Source of the DNA: an uncultured Verrucomicrobiae bacterium
GTDB lineage: Bacteria; Verrucomicrobiota; Verrucomicrobiia; Chthoniobacterales; UBA10450
DNA: 64,000 nt
Reading direction: 5' to 3'
Assembly (NCBI GenBank): GCA_963801815.1
Contig: CAWDGJ010000002.1
Coordinates: forward strand, 192,001-256,000
The first letter of the stretch is position 1, and every line of letters begins with the position of its first letter. Both the position numbers and the translations under genes were made by a program. Below are positions 38,320 through 49,786 of this stretch, in pieces. The notes beneath the pieces are model-generated. The model made no database searches. It was not told where the DNA came from and worked only from the letters and a program-made list of their open reading frames with translations.

Positions 38320-38859
38320 ATGAGACCAGAAAAAGCCAATATTGTTTCCGATCTTTCGAAGGAGTTGAAAGACTCCTCCTTCGTGCTGGTGACCGATTAC
38401 CAGCACATGAAAGTCGATGATTTCAGCGAGCTGCGGAAACGTTTGGCCGCAGCCGGCGCGGAAGTGCACGTGGTGAAAAACAGCCTTTTGAAACGCGCGA
38501 TGGCCGATTCAGGTCTCGCTCCCAGCAACGGAGAGTTAACTGGACAGACGGCAGTGGTGACCGGCGCCAAAGATGTCGCGCCAGTCGCGAAAATCTTGAA
38601 GACGTTCGCAACTGAATTCAAGAAGGCGATGCTGAAGCTGGGCTTCATCGATCGCGCACAGGTTGCGACGAAAGAAATCGAAAAGATTGCTGACTTGCCG
38701 CCGCGTGAAGTCGTCCTGGCGCAGTTGCTTGGATTGATCCAAGCGCCGGCGACGCGATTGGCAAGGATGCTCAACGAGCCGGCATCGTCGCTGGCCAGAT
38801 TGTTAAAGGCGAAAAGCGAAAAGGAGGGTCCACCCGCGGCGGAAACGCCGGCGGCTTAA
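38320..38859 (+). CDS. rplJ: 50S ribosomal protein L10
   Basis: MRPEK, VVKNSL, LTGQTA, LPPREVVLAQLLG; synteny. Confidence 0.96.
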   Translation: MRPEKANIVSDLSKELKDSSFVLVTDYQHMKVDDFSELRKRLAAAGAEVHVVKNSLLKRAMADSGLAPSNGELTGQTAVVTGAKDVAPVAKILKTFATEFKKAMLKLGFIDRAQVATKEIEKIADLPPREVVLAQLLGLIQAPATRLARMLNEPASSLARLLKAKSEKEGPPAAETPAA

Positions 38860-38971
38860 AGAATTTCTGTCTCGTGAGTGCGGGACGAAACAAACGAAAC
38901 ACTGTCCGGGCCGATAGCTATCGGCCTTAAATTTCCGGGAGCTTCCGGGAGCGGCAATAGGAGAAAATAAA

Positions 38972-39358
38972 ATGGCAGATAACAAAGCATTAGTAGATCA
39001 GATCGTTGGGCTCAGCTTGCTCGACGCTGCAGATATTGTTAAACAACTCGAAGAGAAGCTCGGAATTAGTGCGGCAGCACCTGTTGCCGCGGCGGCAGCG
39101 CCAGCAGCGGGCGGTGGAGCAGCAGCTCCGGCGGCCGAAGAGAAGGCGACGTTCGACGTCATCCTCAAGGAAATGGGCGCGAACAAGATCGGCGTGATCA
39201 AGGAAATCCGCGGCGCGGTTCCTGGCCTCGGATTGGCTGAGGCCAAGGCGCTGGTCGAGGGCGCTCCGAAACCGATCAAGGAAGGCGTTCCCAAGGCCGA
39301 AGCCGAAGAGATCAAGAAGAAGGTCGAAGCGGCTGGGGCGAAGGTCGAGATCAAGTAA
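38972..39358 (+). CDS. rplL: 50S ribosomal protein L7/L12
   Basis: Ala-rich hinge, [33 protein letters not shown]. Confidence 0.98.
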   Translation: MADNKALVDQIVGLSLLDAADIVKQLEEKLGISAAAPVAAAAAPAAGGGAAAPAAEEKATFDVILKEMGANKIGVIKEIRGAVPGLGLAEAKALVEGAPKPIKEGVPKAEAEEIKKKVEAAGAKVEIK

Positions 39359-39374
39359 GGAAAATTTAAATCAG

Positions 39375-39412
39375 CGGCCGTCTGGCGATTTAGCTTGCCA
39401 GACGGCCGTTTT
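39375..39412 (+). terminator. Terminator/attenuator between rplL and rpoB
   Basis: 12-bp stem CGGCCGTCTGGC..GCCAGACGGCCG plus TTTT. Confidence 0.8.
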
Positions 39413-39634
39413 CGTCTAGTCTCCGCTTTTGTTAGAAGTAGGGAGACTTATTTTTAACCGCAGTTTGCTGGAAAGTTTGAATTGGCAGCAGAACGGTGGA
39501 GGTCGATTTGACGAGCCGCTGTTTTGATGCCATTTTTGCACCCCTCGCTCTCCGGTTGATGCCGTAAGCTCTGTACGCGTACGGCCGCAATTTATTGTGG
39601 GCCGGCGCGAGTTTAACCCCGTGGCCTGGTGATT

Positions 39635-42600
39635 ATGTCAGAACGAAATTCGGAACGCATCCACTTCGGAACAATTAAGGAAGCCATCGAGCCTCCAAAC
39701 CTCATTGAAGTTCAGCTCAACTCTTACGTCGATTTCCTCCAAAAAGACGTCCCGTTTGCCAAACGGAAGAACCACGGCCTTCAGGCGGTGTTCAAAGAAG
39801 TTTTCCCGATCGAGAGCTACGACGAGAAGGCTGTCCTCGATTTTAGTCATTACGAGATCGGCGAACCCAAGCTGAGCGCGCTTGAAGCTCAGCGCGAAGG
39901 CCAGACCTACAGCGCGCCGCTGCACGTCACTTTCCAGCTCCGCGAAGAAAAGGGGACCAAGGAAGAAAAAGTTTACATGGGCGAGATCCCGCTCATGACG
40001 CCGCAGGGAACCTTTGTGATCAACGGCGCCGAACGGGTGGTTGTTTCTCAGCTGCACCGTTCGCCCGGCATCGCGTTTGAATCGACCGTCCACCTCAACG
40101 GCAAGGTTCTTTACAGTTTTCGGATCATTCCTGACCGCGGCTCGTGGATCGAAGTCCAGTTCGACACCGCGGACCTGCTCTACATTTACCTCGATCGGCG
40201 CAAACGCCGCCGCAAATTCCTTGCGACGACCTTCCTGCGCGCCCTCGGTTACGGCTCGGATGAGGAAGTCATCAAACTTTTCTACAGCATCGAGAACCTC
40301 AAGCTGAGCGAGAAGCTCGACGAAGAAAAGCTCGCAACCAAGGTTCTGATCGCCGAAGTCCGCGACGGAGAAGTAACTGTCGCCCGCGCGTTCGAGCCGC
40401 TTACGCTCGCGACCGTACGCCAGATCATGGGGCTCGGGATCAAGGAAGTTAAGGTCATCGATATTTCCAACGACGACACCGTCGTCAAAGCGTTGCGTAA
40501 GGACCCGGCGCACGATCAGGAAGAAGCTCTCAAAGATATCTATCGCCGTTTGCGCCCTGGCGATCCGCCAACTGTGGCAAACGCCCGCGCGTTGCTAAAG
40601 CGTTTGTTCTTCGATCCGAAGAAATACGATCTCGGACGCGTTGGTCGTTACAAGATCAATCAGAAGCTCAGCATTGATGTCGATCTTACCGAGCGGATTC
40701 TGACCGACAAAGATTTCATCGCCGCAATCAAATACCTGATCAATCTCCGCCGTGGCGAAGGCACCCTCGATGATATCGACCATCTTGGTAGCCGCCGCGT
40801 CCGCACGGTTGGCGAATTGCTCGCTAACCAATGCCGCGTCGGGCTTGCCCGCACCGAGCGTCTCGTGAAAGAGCGAATGACGTTGTTCGACATCAATGTC
40901 GACGGCATGACGCCACAGAAGTTAGTGAACCCGAAAGCCCTCAGCGCTGTCATTCGCGATTTCTTCGGGCGCTCGCCAGCTCTCACAGTTCATGGATCAG
41001 ACGAACCCACTTGCGGAATTGACCCACAAGCGTCGTCTGTCAGCTCTTGGACCAGGCGGTCTTTCGCGCGATCGCGCAGGGTTCGAAGTGCGCGACGTGC
41101 ACCCGTCACACTATGGGCGCATTTGTCCGATCGAAACGCCGGAAGGTCCGAACATCGGCCTGATCAGCTCGATGTCGACGTTCGCACGGATCAACGAATT
41201 CGGCTTTATCGAAACCCCTTATCGCAAGGTCACCAACGGTCGAGTTACGGACGCGATCGATTACCTCACTGGCGACAAGGAAGAAAACTTTCTGGTCGCG
41301 CAGGCAAATGCGCCGATTGACGGCCGTGGTCATTTCACCGGCGAAAAAGTTTCCGTCCGCTATCGTGGCGACTTTTTGGAAGTCGAGCCGTCGAAGGTCC
41401 ACTACATGGACGTCTCACCGAAGCAGCTCGTTTCAGTTGCGGCAGGATTGATTCCGTTTTTGGAACACGACGACGCGAACCGCGCTTTGATGGGATCGAA
41501 CATGCAACGCCAGGGCGTTCCATTGATTGTTTCGGAAGCGCCACTCGTTGGCACAGGTTTGGAAGGGAAAGTGGCCCGCGATTCGCATGCCGTATTGCTC
41601 GCGATTGACAGCGGCAAGGTCGCTTCGGTCACGGCAGACCAGATCATCATCACCAAGGACGGCCACGTTCCAGAACATCGGAAGCGAATCAAGACGGATC
41701 CGGAAGAAGGAATTTACGTTTACGAACTGCGAAAATTCATGCGCTCGAACGCCGGCACCTGCGTGAACCAGAAGCCGATCGTGAAGAAGGGCCAGCACGT
41801 CAAGAAAGGCCAGATCATCGCGGACGGTCCGAACACCGAACACGGCGAGCTCGCGCTCGGCCGCAACGTGCTCGTCGCCTTCATGCCGTGGAACGGTTAC
41901 AACTTCGAGGACGCGATCATGATCTCCGAAAAGGTCGTGAAGGAGGACATTTACACGTCGATCCACATCGACGAATTCGAAATCGGGGCGCGCGATACGA
42001 AGCTCGGACCTGAGGAAATCACTCGCGACATTCCAAACGTAAGTGAAGAGGCCCTGCGCAATCTCGGACCCGACGGCGTGGTTCGCGTCGGCGCGGAAGT
42101 GAAGCCGGGCGACATTCTCGTCGGCAAAATCACTCCAAAGAGCGAGACCGAGCTCGCGCCGGAAGAACGCTTGCTCCGCGCGATCTTCGGCGAGAAAGCT
42201 GCCGACGTTAAAGACACGTCGCTCACGGTTCCATCGGGAACCTACGGAATCGTTATGGATGTGAAGGTTTCATCGCGCAAAGAAGTCTCGCGCGAGAAGC
42301 TGACGCCGGCGGAAACGAAGAAGCAAATCAAAGCGATCACCGAAGAGCATCGTCGCAAGAAGGAAGAACTGACGGAGCAACTGACCGATTCGCTGTCCAA
42401 CATTTTGTTGGGCGAGAAAATTCCGCTCGACGTGGTGAACGCAGAGACCGGGGAGATCATCATCCCGGCCAACCGCAAAATCACCAAGACGTTGCTGCGC
42501 AAGCTGGCCAACGTTTACGATCACATCGAGATCGATCCGAGCCCGATCCGCAACAAGATCCGTGAGATCATCGGACACTACGAACACAAGTTTGCCGAGC

Positions 42601-43445
42601 TCGAGCTCGAGCGTGAGCGCTCGATGGACCGAGTCGAGAGCGGTGACGACATCGATCCGGGCATCATCAAGCAGGTCAAAGTTTACATCGCATCGAAACG
42701 AAAACTTTCAGTTGGCGATAAAATGGCGGGACGCCACGGAAACAAAGGCGTTGTCGCGCGCATCGTTCCGGAAGAAGACATGCCTTTCCTGGCGGACGGG
42801 ACTCCGGTCGAGATCGTCCTCAATCCTCTCGGCGTGCCCAGCCGAATGAACGTCGGCCAGGTTTTAGAAACGCACCTCGGCGTCGCAGCCAAGGCACTCG
42901 GATTCAAAGTCGCGACTCCGGTTTTCGACGGAATCAAAGAAAGCAAGATCCGCGAGTACCTGAAGGACGCGAAGAAGAAGGAAGGATTCAGTTGGGTCCA
43001 GGAAACTGGCAAAGCGAAATTGTTCGACGGCCGCACCGGCGATGCCTTCGATCAGGAAGTTGTCGTTGGCTACATCTACATGATGAAGCTCGGTCACCTG
43101 GTGGCGGACAAAATCCACGCCCGCGCGGTTGGTCCCTATTCACTTGTTACGCAGCAGCCGCTTGGCGGAAAAGCGCAGTACGGCGGTCAACGTTTCGGCG
43201 AGATGGAAGTTTGGGCGCTCGAAGCCTACGGCGCGGCCTACACGTTGCAGGAACTTCTCACTGTGAAGTCGGATGACGTGCAAGGGCGCACCCGCATCTA
43301 CGAGTCGATCGTCAAAGGCGACAACTCGCTCGAAGCCGGCACGCCTGAATCTTTCAACGTGTTGATCAAAGAAATGCAGAGCCTGGGTCTCGACGTGAAA
43401 GTCGGCGGTCAAGCTCCGCAGACAGTTTTCGAACACCTCGGATAA
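39635..43445 (+). CDS. rpoB: RNA polymerase beta subunit (extra C at 40976-40977)
   Basis: [23 protein letters not shown], then FFGRS[+1][33 protein letters not shown]. Confidence 0.98.
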
Positions 43446-43471
43446 TTTCAGAACATCTACTTGGAGAATAA

Positions 43472-46400
43472 ATGAACGAACATTCCTGGCGTGAGTTAGT
43501 CGGTGAAGAGCGGGCGGTCGGTTTCGACCAGGTCGCGATTGGCGTGGCCTCGAGCGATACGATGCGCTCGTGGAGCAAGGGCGAAGTTAAGAATCCGGAG
43601 ACGATCAATTATCGAACGTTCAAGCCGGAAAAAGGTGGTCTTTTCTGCGAACGCATTTTCGGCCCGACCCGCGACTGGGAGTGCTCGTGCGGAAAATACA
43701 AGCGGATCAAACACAAAGGGGTCATCTGTGATCGTTGCGGCGTCGAAGTGACGCTCGCGCGCGTCCGTCGCGAGCGCATGGGCCATATCGAGCTCGCGGT
43801 CCCCGTTTCGCACATCTGGTTTTATAAGTGCATGCCGTCGCGCATCGGCCTGATGCTCGACATGAGCGCGCGGCAACTCGAGCGCGTTATCTATTATGAG
43901 GATTACATCGTCATCGATCCGGGCAAGACGCCGCTGCAAAAGGCTCAGCTCCTGAACGAAGTCGAATATCGCGAAGCGCAGGAACAGTATGGCGAAGATT
44001 TCGTCGCCGGGATGGGTGCGGAAGCGGTAAAAAAACTTTTGAGCGAGATCGACCTCAACAAGCTCAACAAAGAGCTTGAGAAAGCGATGGGCGCGACCAA
44101 GTCGAAACAGATTCGCAAGAAACTCGCGAAGCGTTTGAAACTCGTGCAGGGCTTCATGTCCTCTCACGCGCGACCGGAATGGATGATCCTCGATGTGCTG
44201 CCGGTGATTCCACCGGATCTCCGGCCGCTCGTTCCGCTGGAAGGCGGACGGTTCGCGACTTCAGACCTGAATGATCTCTATCGTCGCGTCATCAACCGAA
44301 ACAATCGTCTCAAAAACCTACTCCAGTTAAAAACGCCGGACGTCATCATTCGAAACGAAAAACGAATGTTGCAAGAAGCGGTCGACGCCTTGTTCGACAA
44401 CGGCCGTCACGGCCGCGCTGTTACCGGCGCGGGCAATCGTCCACTAAAATCACTCTCCGATATGCTCAAGGGCAAGGGCGGACGTTTCCGTCAGAATTTG
44501 CTCGGTAAGCGCGTCGATTACTCGGGACGATCGGTCATCGTCATCGGTCCGGAATTGAAACTGCATCAATGCGGTTTGCCGAAAAAGATGGCTCTCGTTT
44601 TGTTCGAGCCGTTCATCATTCGCCGGCTCAAAGACCTCGGCTATGTCCACACCGTGCGCAGCGCCAAGAAAATGATCGAGCGCCAGACGCCGGAAGTTTG
44701 GGACATTCTCGACGAAGTGACACGCGGACATCCCGTTTTGCTAAACCGCGCACCGACGCTGCATCGATTGTCTATCCAGGCGTTCGAGCCGCAGCTGATT
44801 GAGGGCGAGGCGATCCGCATTCACCCGCTCGTTTGCACCGCCTACAACGCAGACTTCGATGGCGACCAGATGGCGGTCCACGTGCCACTTTCGGTCGAAG
44901 CACAACTCGAGGCGCGCATGCTGATGCTCGCACCGAACAACATTTTCTCGCCGTCGAGCGGCAAACCGATCACGACACCGTCGCAGGACATCACGCTCGG
45001 TTGTTATTACATGACCCAGAATCCGCGCGGCGGGAAAAAGGACGCCCGTTTGCCGTTGTTCGCCGAGCCAGTCGAAGTGGAATTCGCCATGGCCGAGGGA
45101 ACAATCAAAACCCACGATCGTATTCGCTTCAAAAATCCGGATTTCGGCAAACAGACCGTTTTCGGAAGGGGCGATGTCAAGGTCATTGAAACGACCGCGG
45201 GTAGAGTCATCTTCAATCAGATCTGGCCGAAGGAACTTGGTTTCTTCAACAAGGCGGCTGGCAAGAAACAGCTCAGCGACATCATTTGGCGTTGTTACCA
45301 AGTCGCGGGACCCGCCGCCACCGTCGCGACGCTCGACAAATTGAAAGAGCTCGGATTCACCGAAGCGACACGCGCGGGCATCTCAATTGGGATTTCGGAC
45401 ATGATTATTCCGAAGGAGAAAGAGACCGAGCTGGAGAATGCCTACAAACAGATCCGTCAGGTCGAGCAGCAATATCGCAAAGGCATCATCACGGACGGCG
45501 AGCGTTACAACAAGATCATCGATATCTGGACGCACGCCGGCGACGAAATCTCGAACGTCATGTTCCGCACTCTGGAACACAACGACGGTCGCAAGGAATT
45601 GAACCCGGTTTATTTGATGGTCGATTCCGGTGCGCGAGGAAATCGTCAACAGGTCCGTCAGCTCGCAGGTATGCGCGGTTTGATGGCGAAGCCGAGCGGC
45701 GAAATTATCGAACGCCCGATCACCTCGAACTTCCGCGAAGGTTTGAGTGTGCTCGAGTACTTCATTTCAACTCACGGCGCGCGCAAAGGTTTGGCCGACA
45801 CGGCGCTCAAGACCGCCGACTCTGGTTATCTTACCCGCAAGCTGGTTGATGCCGCACAGGACGTCATCATCAACATGGAGGATTGCGGCACGGTTAACGG
45901 CATCGTCGTTCGCTCGATTTACGAGGGCGACGAGGAAGTTGTCGATCTTGGCCAGCGGATCATCGGCCGCGTGAGCTGCGAAACGATCGCGGACCCAGTC
46001 GACAAGAAAAAGAAGATCGTCAAAGCGAACCAGCTCATCGACGAGAAAATTGCGGCGGAGTTGCAGCGCATCGGCGTCGAGAGTTTGAAGATTCGGTCGG
46101 TGCTGACCTGCGAATGCGGACGCGGCGTTTGCGGAATGTGTTACGGACGCAATCTCGCTACCGGACAGTTTGTCAAGATGGGTGAAGCGGTCGGAATTAT
46201 CGCAGCTCAATCCATCGGCGAGCCGGGAACGCAGCTGACGATGCGGACATTCCACATCGGCGGAACCGCCAGCCAGACATTCAAGCAACCGATCATCAAG
46301 GCTAAAAATGACGGTCGAGTGCAATTCAACGATCTGCGCACAGTGCAGGCATTGGATGGCAGCTGGATCGTGCTGAGCAAGAACGGTTCGATCAGCGTCC

Positions 46401-47587
46401 ATAACGCTGAGGGCCGCGAGCTCGAGCGCTACAACGTAGTGATCGGTTCGATGATTTCGAAAGACGACGGCACCAACGTGAAGAAGGGCGAAACGTTCGT
46501 GCAATGGGATCCGTACAACGTGCCGATTCTGACCGACAAGAGCGGCAAGATTGAATTCCGCGACATGATCGCGGGAGTCACGATCAAGCGTGACGTCGAC
46601 GAAGCGACCGGCCTCATGGGCACCGTCATCATCGAGCATAAGGAAGACTTGCACCCGCAGATCGTGATTGTGGGCGACAAGAAGGAAGTGCTCGCCAGCT
46701 ATTCAATCCCGGCGGGCGCGCACGTTATCGTCGAAGAAGATCAAAAGATTCGCGCGGGCGCGTTGCTCGCGAAGACTCCGCGAAAAGTCGCCAAGACCAA
46801 GGACATCACTGGTGGTCTGCCGCGAGTTGCCGAATTGTTCGAAGCGCGTCGCCCGAAAGACGCTGCCGAGATCGCCAAGATCGACGGCATTGTCGAAATG
46901 GGCGGCACCGTCCGCGGCAAACGTCGTTTGATTCTGAAGGATCCGGGGACCGGCGCCGAAGAAGAGCATCTCATTTCGCTGACCAAGCACATCATTGTCT
47001 TCAAGGGCGACTTCGTGAAGAAGGGTCAACAGTTGACCGAAGGGCCAATTGTTCCGCACGAGATTCTCGAGGTCTGCGGACCGCAGGAATTGCAGGAACA
47101 CCTCGTGAACGAAGTGCAGGAAGTTTATCGACTCCAAGGCGTCGAGATTAATGACAAGCACATCGAGATCATTGTGCGCCAAATGTTGCGCAAGGTGAAA
47201 ATCACCGATCCGGGTGACACTTCGTTGCTCTGGGGGGATCAGGTCGACAAGCTCGACTTCGAGCAAGAGAACCAACAAGTCGTCGAGAAGGGCGGCAAGC
47301 CGGCGGAAGCGGTTCCGGTGTTACTTGGCATCACCAAGGCGTCGCTCGAAACCGACAGCTTTATTTCAGCCGCATCGTTCCAGGACACCACGCGCGTGCT
47401 CACCGAAGCCGCGACGCTCGGCAAGGTCGATCGTCTCCGAGGATTCAAAGAGAACGTGATCATGGGTCACTTGATCCCGGCGGGCACCGGATTCCCTGCG
47501 CATCGCGAAGTGCGGCTCATCGAAAAGGGCGAGCCAATCGGCGCACCAGCGATGGACGAAGCCGAAATGGCTCCAGCGATCGGATAA
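43472..47587 (+). CDS. rpoC: RNA polymerase beta-prime subunit
   Basis: Zn finger [31 protein letters not shown]. Confidence 0.99.
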   Translation: MNEHSWRELVGEERAVGFDQVAIGVASSDTMRSWSKGEVKNPETINYRTFKPEKGGLFCERIFGPTRDWECSCGKYKRIKHKGVICDRCGVEVTLARVRRERMGHIELAVPVSHIWFYKCMPSRIGLMLDMSARQLERVIYYEDYIVIDPGKTPLQKAQLLNEVEYREAQEQYGEDFVAGMGAEAVKKLLSEIDLNKLNKELEKAMGATKSKQIRKKLAKRLKLVQGFMSSHARPEWMILDVLPVIPPDLRPLVPLEGGRFATSDLNDLYRRVINRNNRLKNLLQLKTPDVIIRNEKRMLQEAVDALFDNGRHGRAVTGAGNRPLKSLSDMLKGKGGRFRQNLLGKRVDYSGRSVIVIGPELKLHQCGLPKKMALVLFEPFIIRRLKDLGYVHTVRSAKKMIERQTPEVWDILDEVTRGHPVLLNRAPTLHRLSIQAFEPQLIEGEAIRIHPLVCTAYNADFDGDQMAVHVPLSVEAQLEARMLMLAPNNIFSPSSGKPITTPSQDITLGCYYMTQNPRGGKKDARLPLFAEPVEVEFAMAEGTIKTHDRIRFKNPDFGKQTVFGRGDVKVIETTAGRVIFNQIWPKELGFFNKAAGKKQLSDIIWRCYQVAGPAATVATLDKLKELGFTEATRAGISIGISDMIIPKEKETELENAYKQIRQVEQQYRKGIITDGERYNKIIDIWTHAGDEISNVMFRTLEHNDGRKELNPVYLMVDSGARGNRQQVRQLAGMRGLMAKPSGEIIERPITSNFREGLSVLEYFISTHGARKGLADTALKTADSGYLTRKLVDAAQDVIINMEDCGTVNGIVVRSIYEGDEEVVDLGQRIIGRVSCETIADPVDKKKKIVKANQLIDEKIAAELQRIGVESLKIRSVLTCECGRGVCGMCYGRNLATGQFVKMGEAVGIIAAQSIGEPGTQLTMRTFHIGGTASQTFKQPIIKAKNDGRVQFNDLRTVQALDGSWIVLSKNGSISVHNAEGRELERYNVVIGSMISKDDGTNVKKGETFVQWDPYNVPILTDKSGKIEFRDMIAGVTIKRDVDEATGLMGTVIIEHKEDLHPQIVIVGDKKEVLASYSIPAGAHVIVEEDQKIRAGALLAKTPRKVAKTKDITGGLPRVAELFEARRPKDAAEIAKIDGIVEMGGTVRGKRRLILKDPGTGAEEEHLISLTKHIIVFKGDFVKKGQQLTEGPIVPHEILEVCGPQELQEHLVNEVQEVYRLQGVEINDKHIEIIVRQMLRKVKITDPGDTSLLWGDQVDKLDFEQENQQVVEKGGKPAEAVPVLLGITKASLETDSFISAASFQDTTRVLTEAATLGKVDRLRGFKENVIMGHLIPAGTGFPAHREVRLIEKGEPIGAPAMDEAEMAPAIG

Positions 47588-47668
47588 GGTCCGAGCCGGG
47601 CTGGCACTATCAAACAAATGTGGAATGTCGAATTGGCGCGAGCTGGTTCGACATTCTTGTTTTAGGCG

Positions 47669-48202
47669 ATGTCGATCGTAACCAAAACCGGCGACCAGGG
47701 CGAAACCTCGCTCATGTACGGGCGACGCGTTCCGAAAGACGATCCGCGGGTTGAAGCTTACGGCGCAGTTGACGAGCTGACTGCTGCACTTGGTCGCACG
47801 CGCGCGAGTTCGGACGACGAATTCGTGACCAAGCAAATCTTCGCGGTTCAACAGGACCTTATTAACGTGATGGGGGAATTGTCCACGTTACCGGAAGATC
47901 GACAACGGTATGTGCAAGATGGCTTTCAAGTCGTGGATGCCAAGATCGTTGACCGCGTCACCGCCGTCATTGTCGATCTTGAAAAGGACAAATCGCTTTA
48001 CCCGAAGGACTGGGTCATTCCAGGAGCGAATGCGGTTTCTGCGGCGCTTGACCTCGCCCGAACAACCTGCCGCCGCGCTGAGAGGCGCGTAGCATCGTTG
48101 AAAGACCCGAATCCCGAAATCCTGCGTTACCTCAACCGGCTGTCGGATTTTTGCTGGATTCTGGCCCGGTTTTGCGAGCGAAAAGCCAAGGCAAAAAGGT
48201 GA
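47669..48202 (+). CDS. PduO-type ATP:cob(I)alamin adenosyltransferase
   Basis: TKTGDQGETSL, AYGAVDEL, ARTTCRRAER, YLNRLSD. Confidence 0.93.
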   Translation: MSIVTKTGDQGETSLMYGRRVPKDDPRVEAYGAVDELTAALGRTRASSDDEFVTKQIFAVQQDLINVMGELSTLPEDRQRYVQDGFQVVDAKIVDRVTAVIVDLEKDKSLYPKDWVIPGANAVSAALDLARTTCRRAERRVASLKDPNPEILRYLNRLSDFCWILARFCERKAKAKR

Positions 48203-48283
48203 TTTATTCCGGTTGCGTTTACCCTTCGTTTATAGCATCTTCCCCGTCCGCCGTTCCCCCTGCCTCGCGGCGGTCATTTTTGT

Positions 48284-49017
48284 ATGGCAAACCCAGTTGA
48301 ATTAGTGCCCGAGCTTTTGGAAGCGGGCGTGCATTTCGGTCACCAGACCAAGCGCTGGAACCCGAAGATGAAGCCGTTCATCTTCGAGGAGCGCAACCAG
48401 ATTTACATCATCAATCTCGATGAGACCGTGAAACAGCTTCATCGCGCGACGGAATTTCTTCAGGATGTCGCGCGCCGCGGCGGAAAGATTCTTTTCGTCG
48501 GCATGCAAGAAACAGGCCCAGGAAGCGATCAAGGAAGCAGCGCTGGCATGCGGACAGTTTTATGTGAACCAACGCTGGCTCGGCGGAACGTTGACGAACC
48601 TAACGACTATTCGCAAGAGCATCGGCCGGCTCAAATACATCGAACAGATCGAGCAATCGCCCGAATACAAAAAGATGGGCAAGCAGGAACTGGCGGCGTT
48701 GAATCGCGAGGCCGCAAAACTTGCGCCGTAATCTGGAGGGAATTCTCGAGATGGCGCAATTGCCGGATGCGGTTGTCATCATCGATACGACGCGCGAACA
48801 AAACGCGGTGAATGAAGCGAAACGGCTCGACATTCCCGTCGTCGCGATTGTCGACACCAATGCCGATCCGGACATGATCGATTACCCGATTCCGGGCAAC
48901 GATGATGCGATTCGCGCGATTCGGATTGTTCTGCAAAAGCTTGTCGATGCAATTGTTTCGGCGAGCGGCGAAGCGCGCATTCGCGAGCAAATCGAGATGG
49001 CCGGCGTGTCCGCCTAG
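48284..49017 (+). CDS. rpsB: 30S ribosomal protein S2 (+1 frameshifts near 48503 and 48720)
   Basis: [45 protein letters not shown] across three frames. Confidence 0.95.
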
Positions 49018-49023
49018 CTAACT

Positions 49024-49099
49024 TAGTTGATCGTCGTTAGTTGATAGAACTAACGGCGAACGCGAGTTACCGAAACTATCAACAATCAACTTTCAACTA
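49024..49099. repeat. Heptamer-periodic inverted-repeat element between rpsB and tsf
   Basis: TAGTTGATCGTCGTTAGTTGATAG ... CTATCAACAATCAACTTTCAACTA. Confidence 0.55.
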
Positions 49100-49112
49100 T
49101 TAACATCCCCGA

Positions 49113-49730
49113 ATGAGTATCAAGACCGCTATCGATCCCAAAGTCGTCAAACAACTCCGCGAAAAAACCAACGCGGGCATGATGGATTGCAAACGCGCTC
49201 TTGAAGAAGCCGGCGGCGATTTCGACAAAGCCGAAACGATTTTGCGCACAAAAGGGATTGCCAGCGCCAGCCAGAAGGCGTCCCGCGCGACCAAGGAAGG
49301 GATCGTCGCCTCCTACATTCATTTGCAGGGCAAAGTCGGCGTGCTCGTGGAAGTGAATTGCGAGACGGATTTCGTCGCCAAGAACGAGAATTTCCGTAGC
49401 TTTGTGAAGGACATCACGCTTCATATCGCGGCTGCGCACCCGCTTTACGTGAGCCGTGAAGAAGTGCCGGGAAAATTGGTCGAGGCCGAACGCGAAATTT
49501 ACAAGGCGCAGGTCAAAGGCAAGCCCGCGAATGTGACGGACAAGATTGTCGAAGGAAAACTCGACAAGTTTTACAGTACGGTCTGTTTACTGGAACAAGG
49601 GTTCATCAAAAATCCCGATGACACGATCAAAGATTTGCTGAGCTCTAAGATTGCAGAGCTGGGCGAGAACATCGTTATCCGACGGTTCACCCGCTATTTG
49701 GTGGGCGAACCGCTCGCGAGCGAAGGGTGA
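49113..49730 (+). CDS. tsf: Elongation factor Ts (short form, 205 aa)
   Basis: VKQLREKTNAGMMDCKRAL, EVNCETDFVA, ENIVIRRF. Confidence 0.97.
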   Translation: MSIKTAIDPKVVKQLREKTNAGMMDCKRALEEAGGDFDKAETILRTKGIASASQKASRATKEGIVASYIHLQGKVGVLVEVNCETDFVAKNENFRSFVKDITLHIAAAHPLYVSREEVPGKLVEAEREIYKAQVKGKPANVTDKIVEGKLDKFYSTVCLLEQGFIKNPDDTIKDLLSSKIAELGENIVIRRFTRYLVGEPLASEG

Positions 49731-49786
49731 TTGTCGATCTTCGAAGCGACTTTGATCTCATCGAACCGCGATTAGATTTGCGGTAG

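Noticed and set aside
40960..41000. Split rpoB as a real two-subunit gene or programmed frameshift
   Set aside because: One extra C in the conserved [13 protein letters not shown] segment, no slippery site, and the same +1 pattern occurs across the window. The corrected rifampicin cluster I sequence looks wild type.
39638..47278. Long antisense ORFs over rpoB/rpoC (for example 39638-40513, 45767-46654) and similar ones over dop, LysE and the MFS gene
   Set aside because: Shadow ORFs expected from GC-rich codon usage opposite well-supported genes; no protein motifs.
48284..49017. rpsB pseudogene
   Set aside because: Essential gene; two single-base insertions fully account for the three fragments.
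49113..49730. Truncated EF-Ts
   Set aside because: Short EF-Ts proteins of about 200 aa are a known natural form, and both terminal motifs are present.
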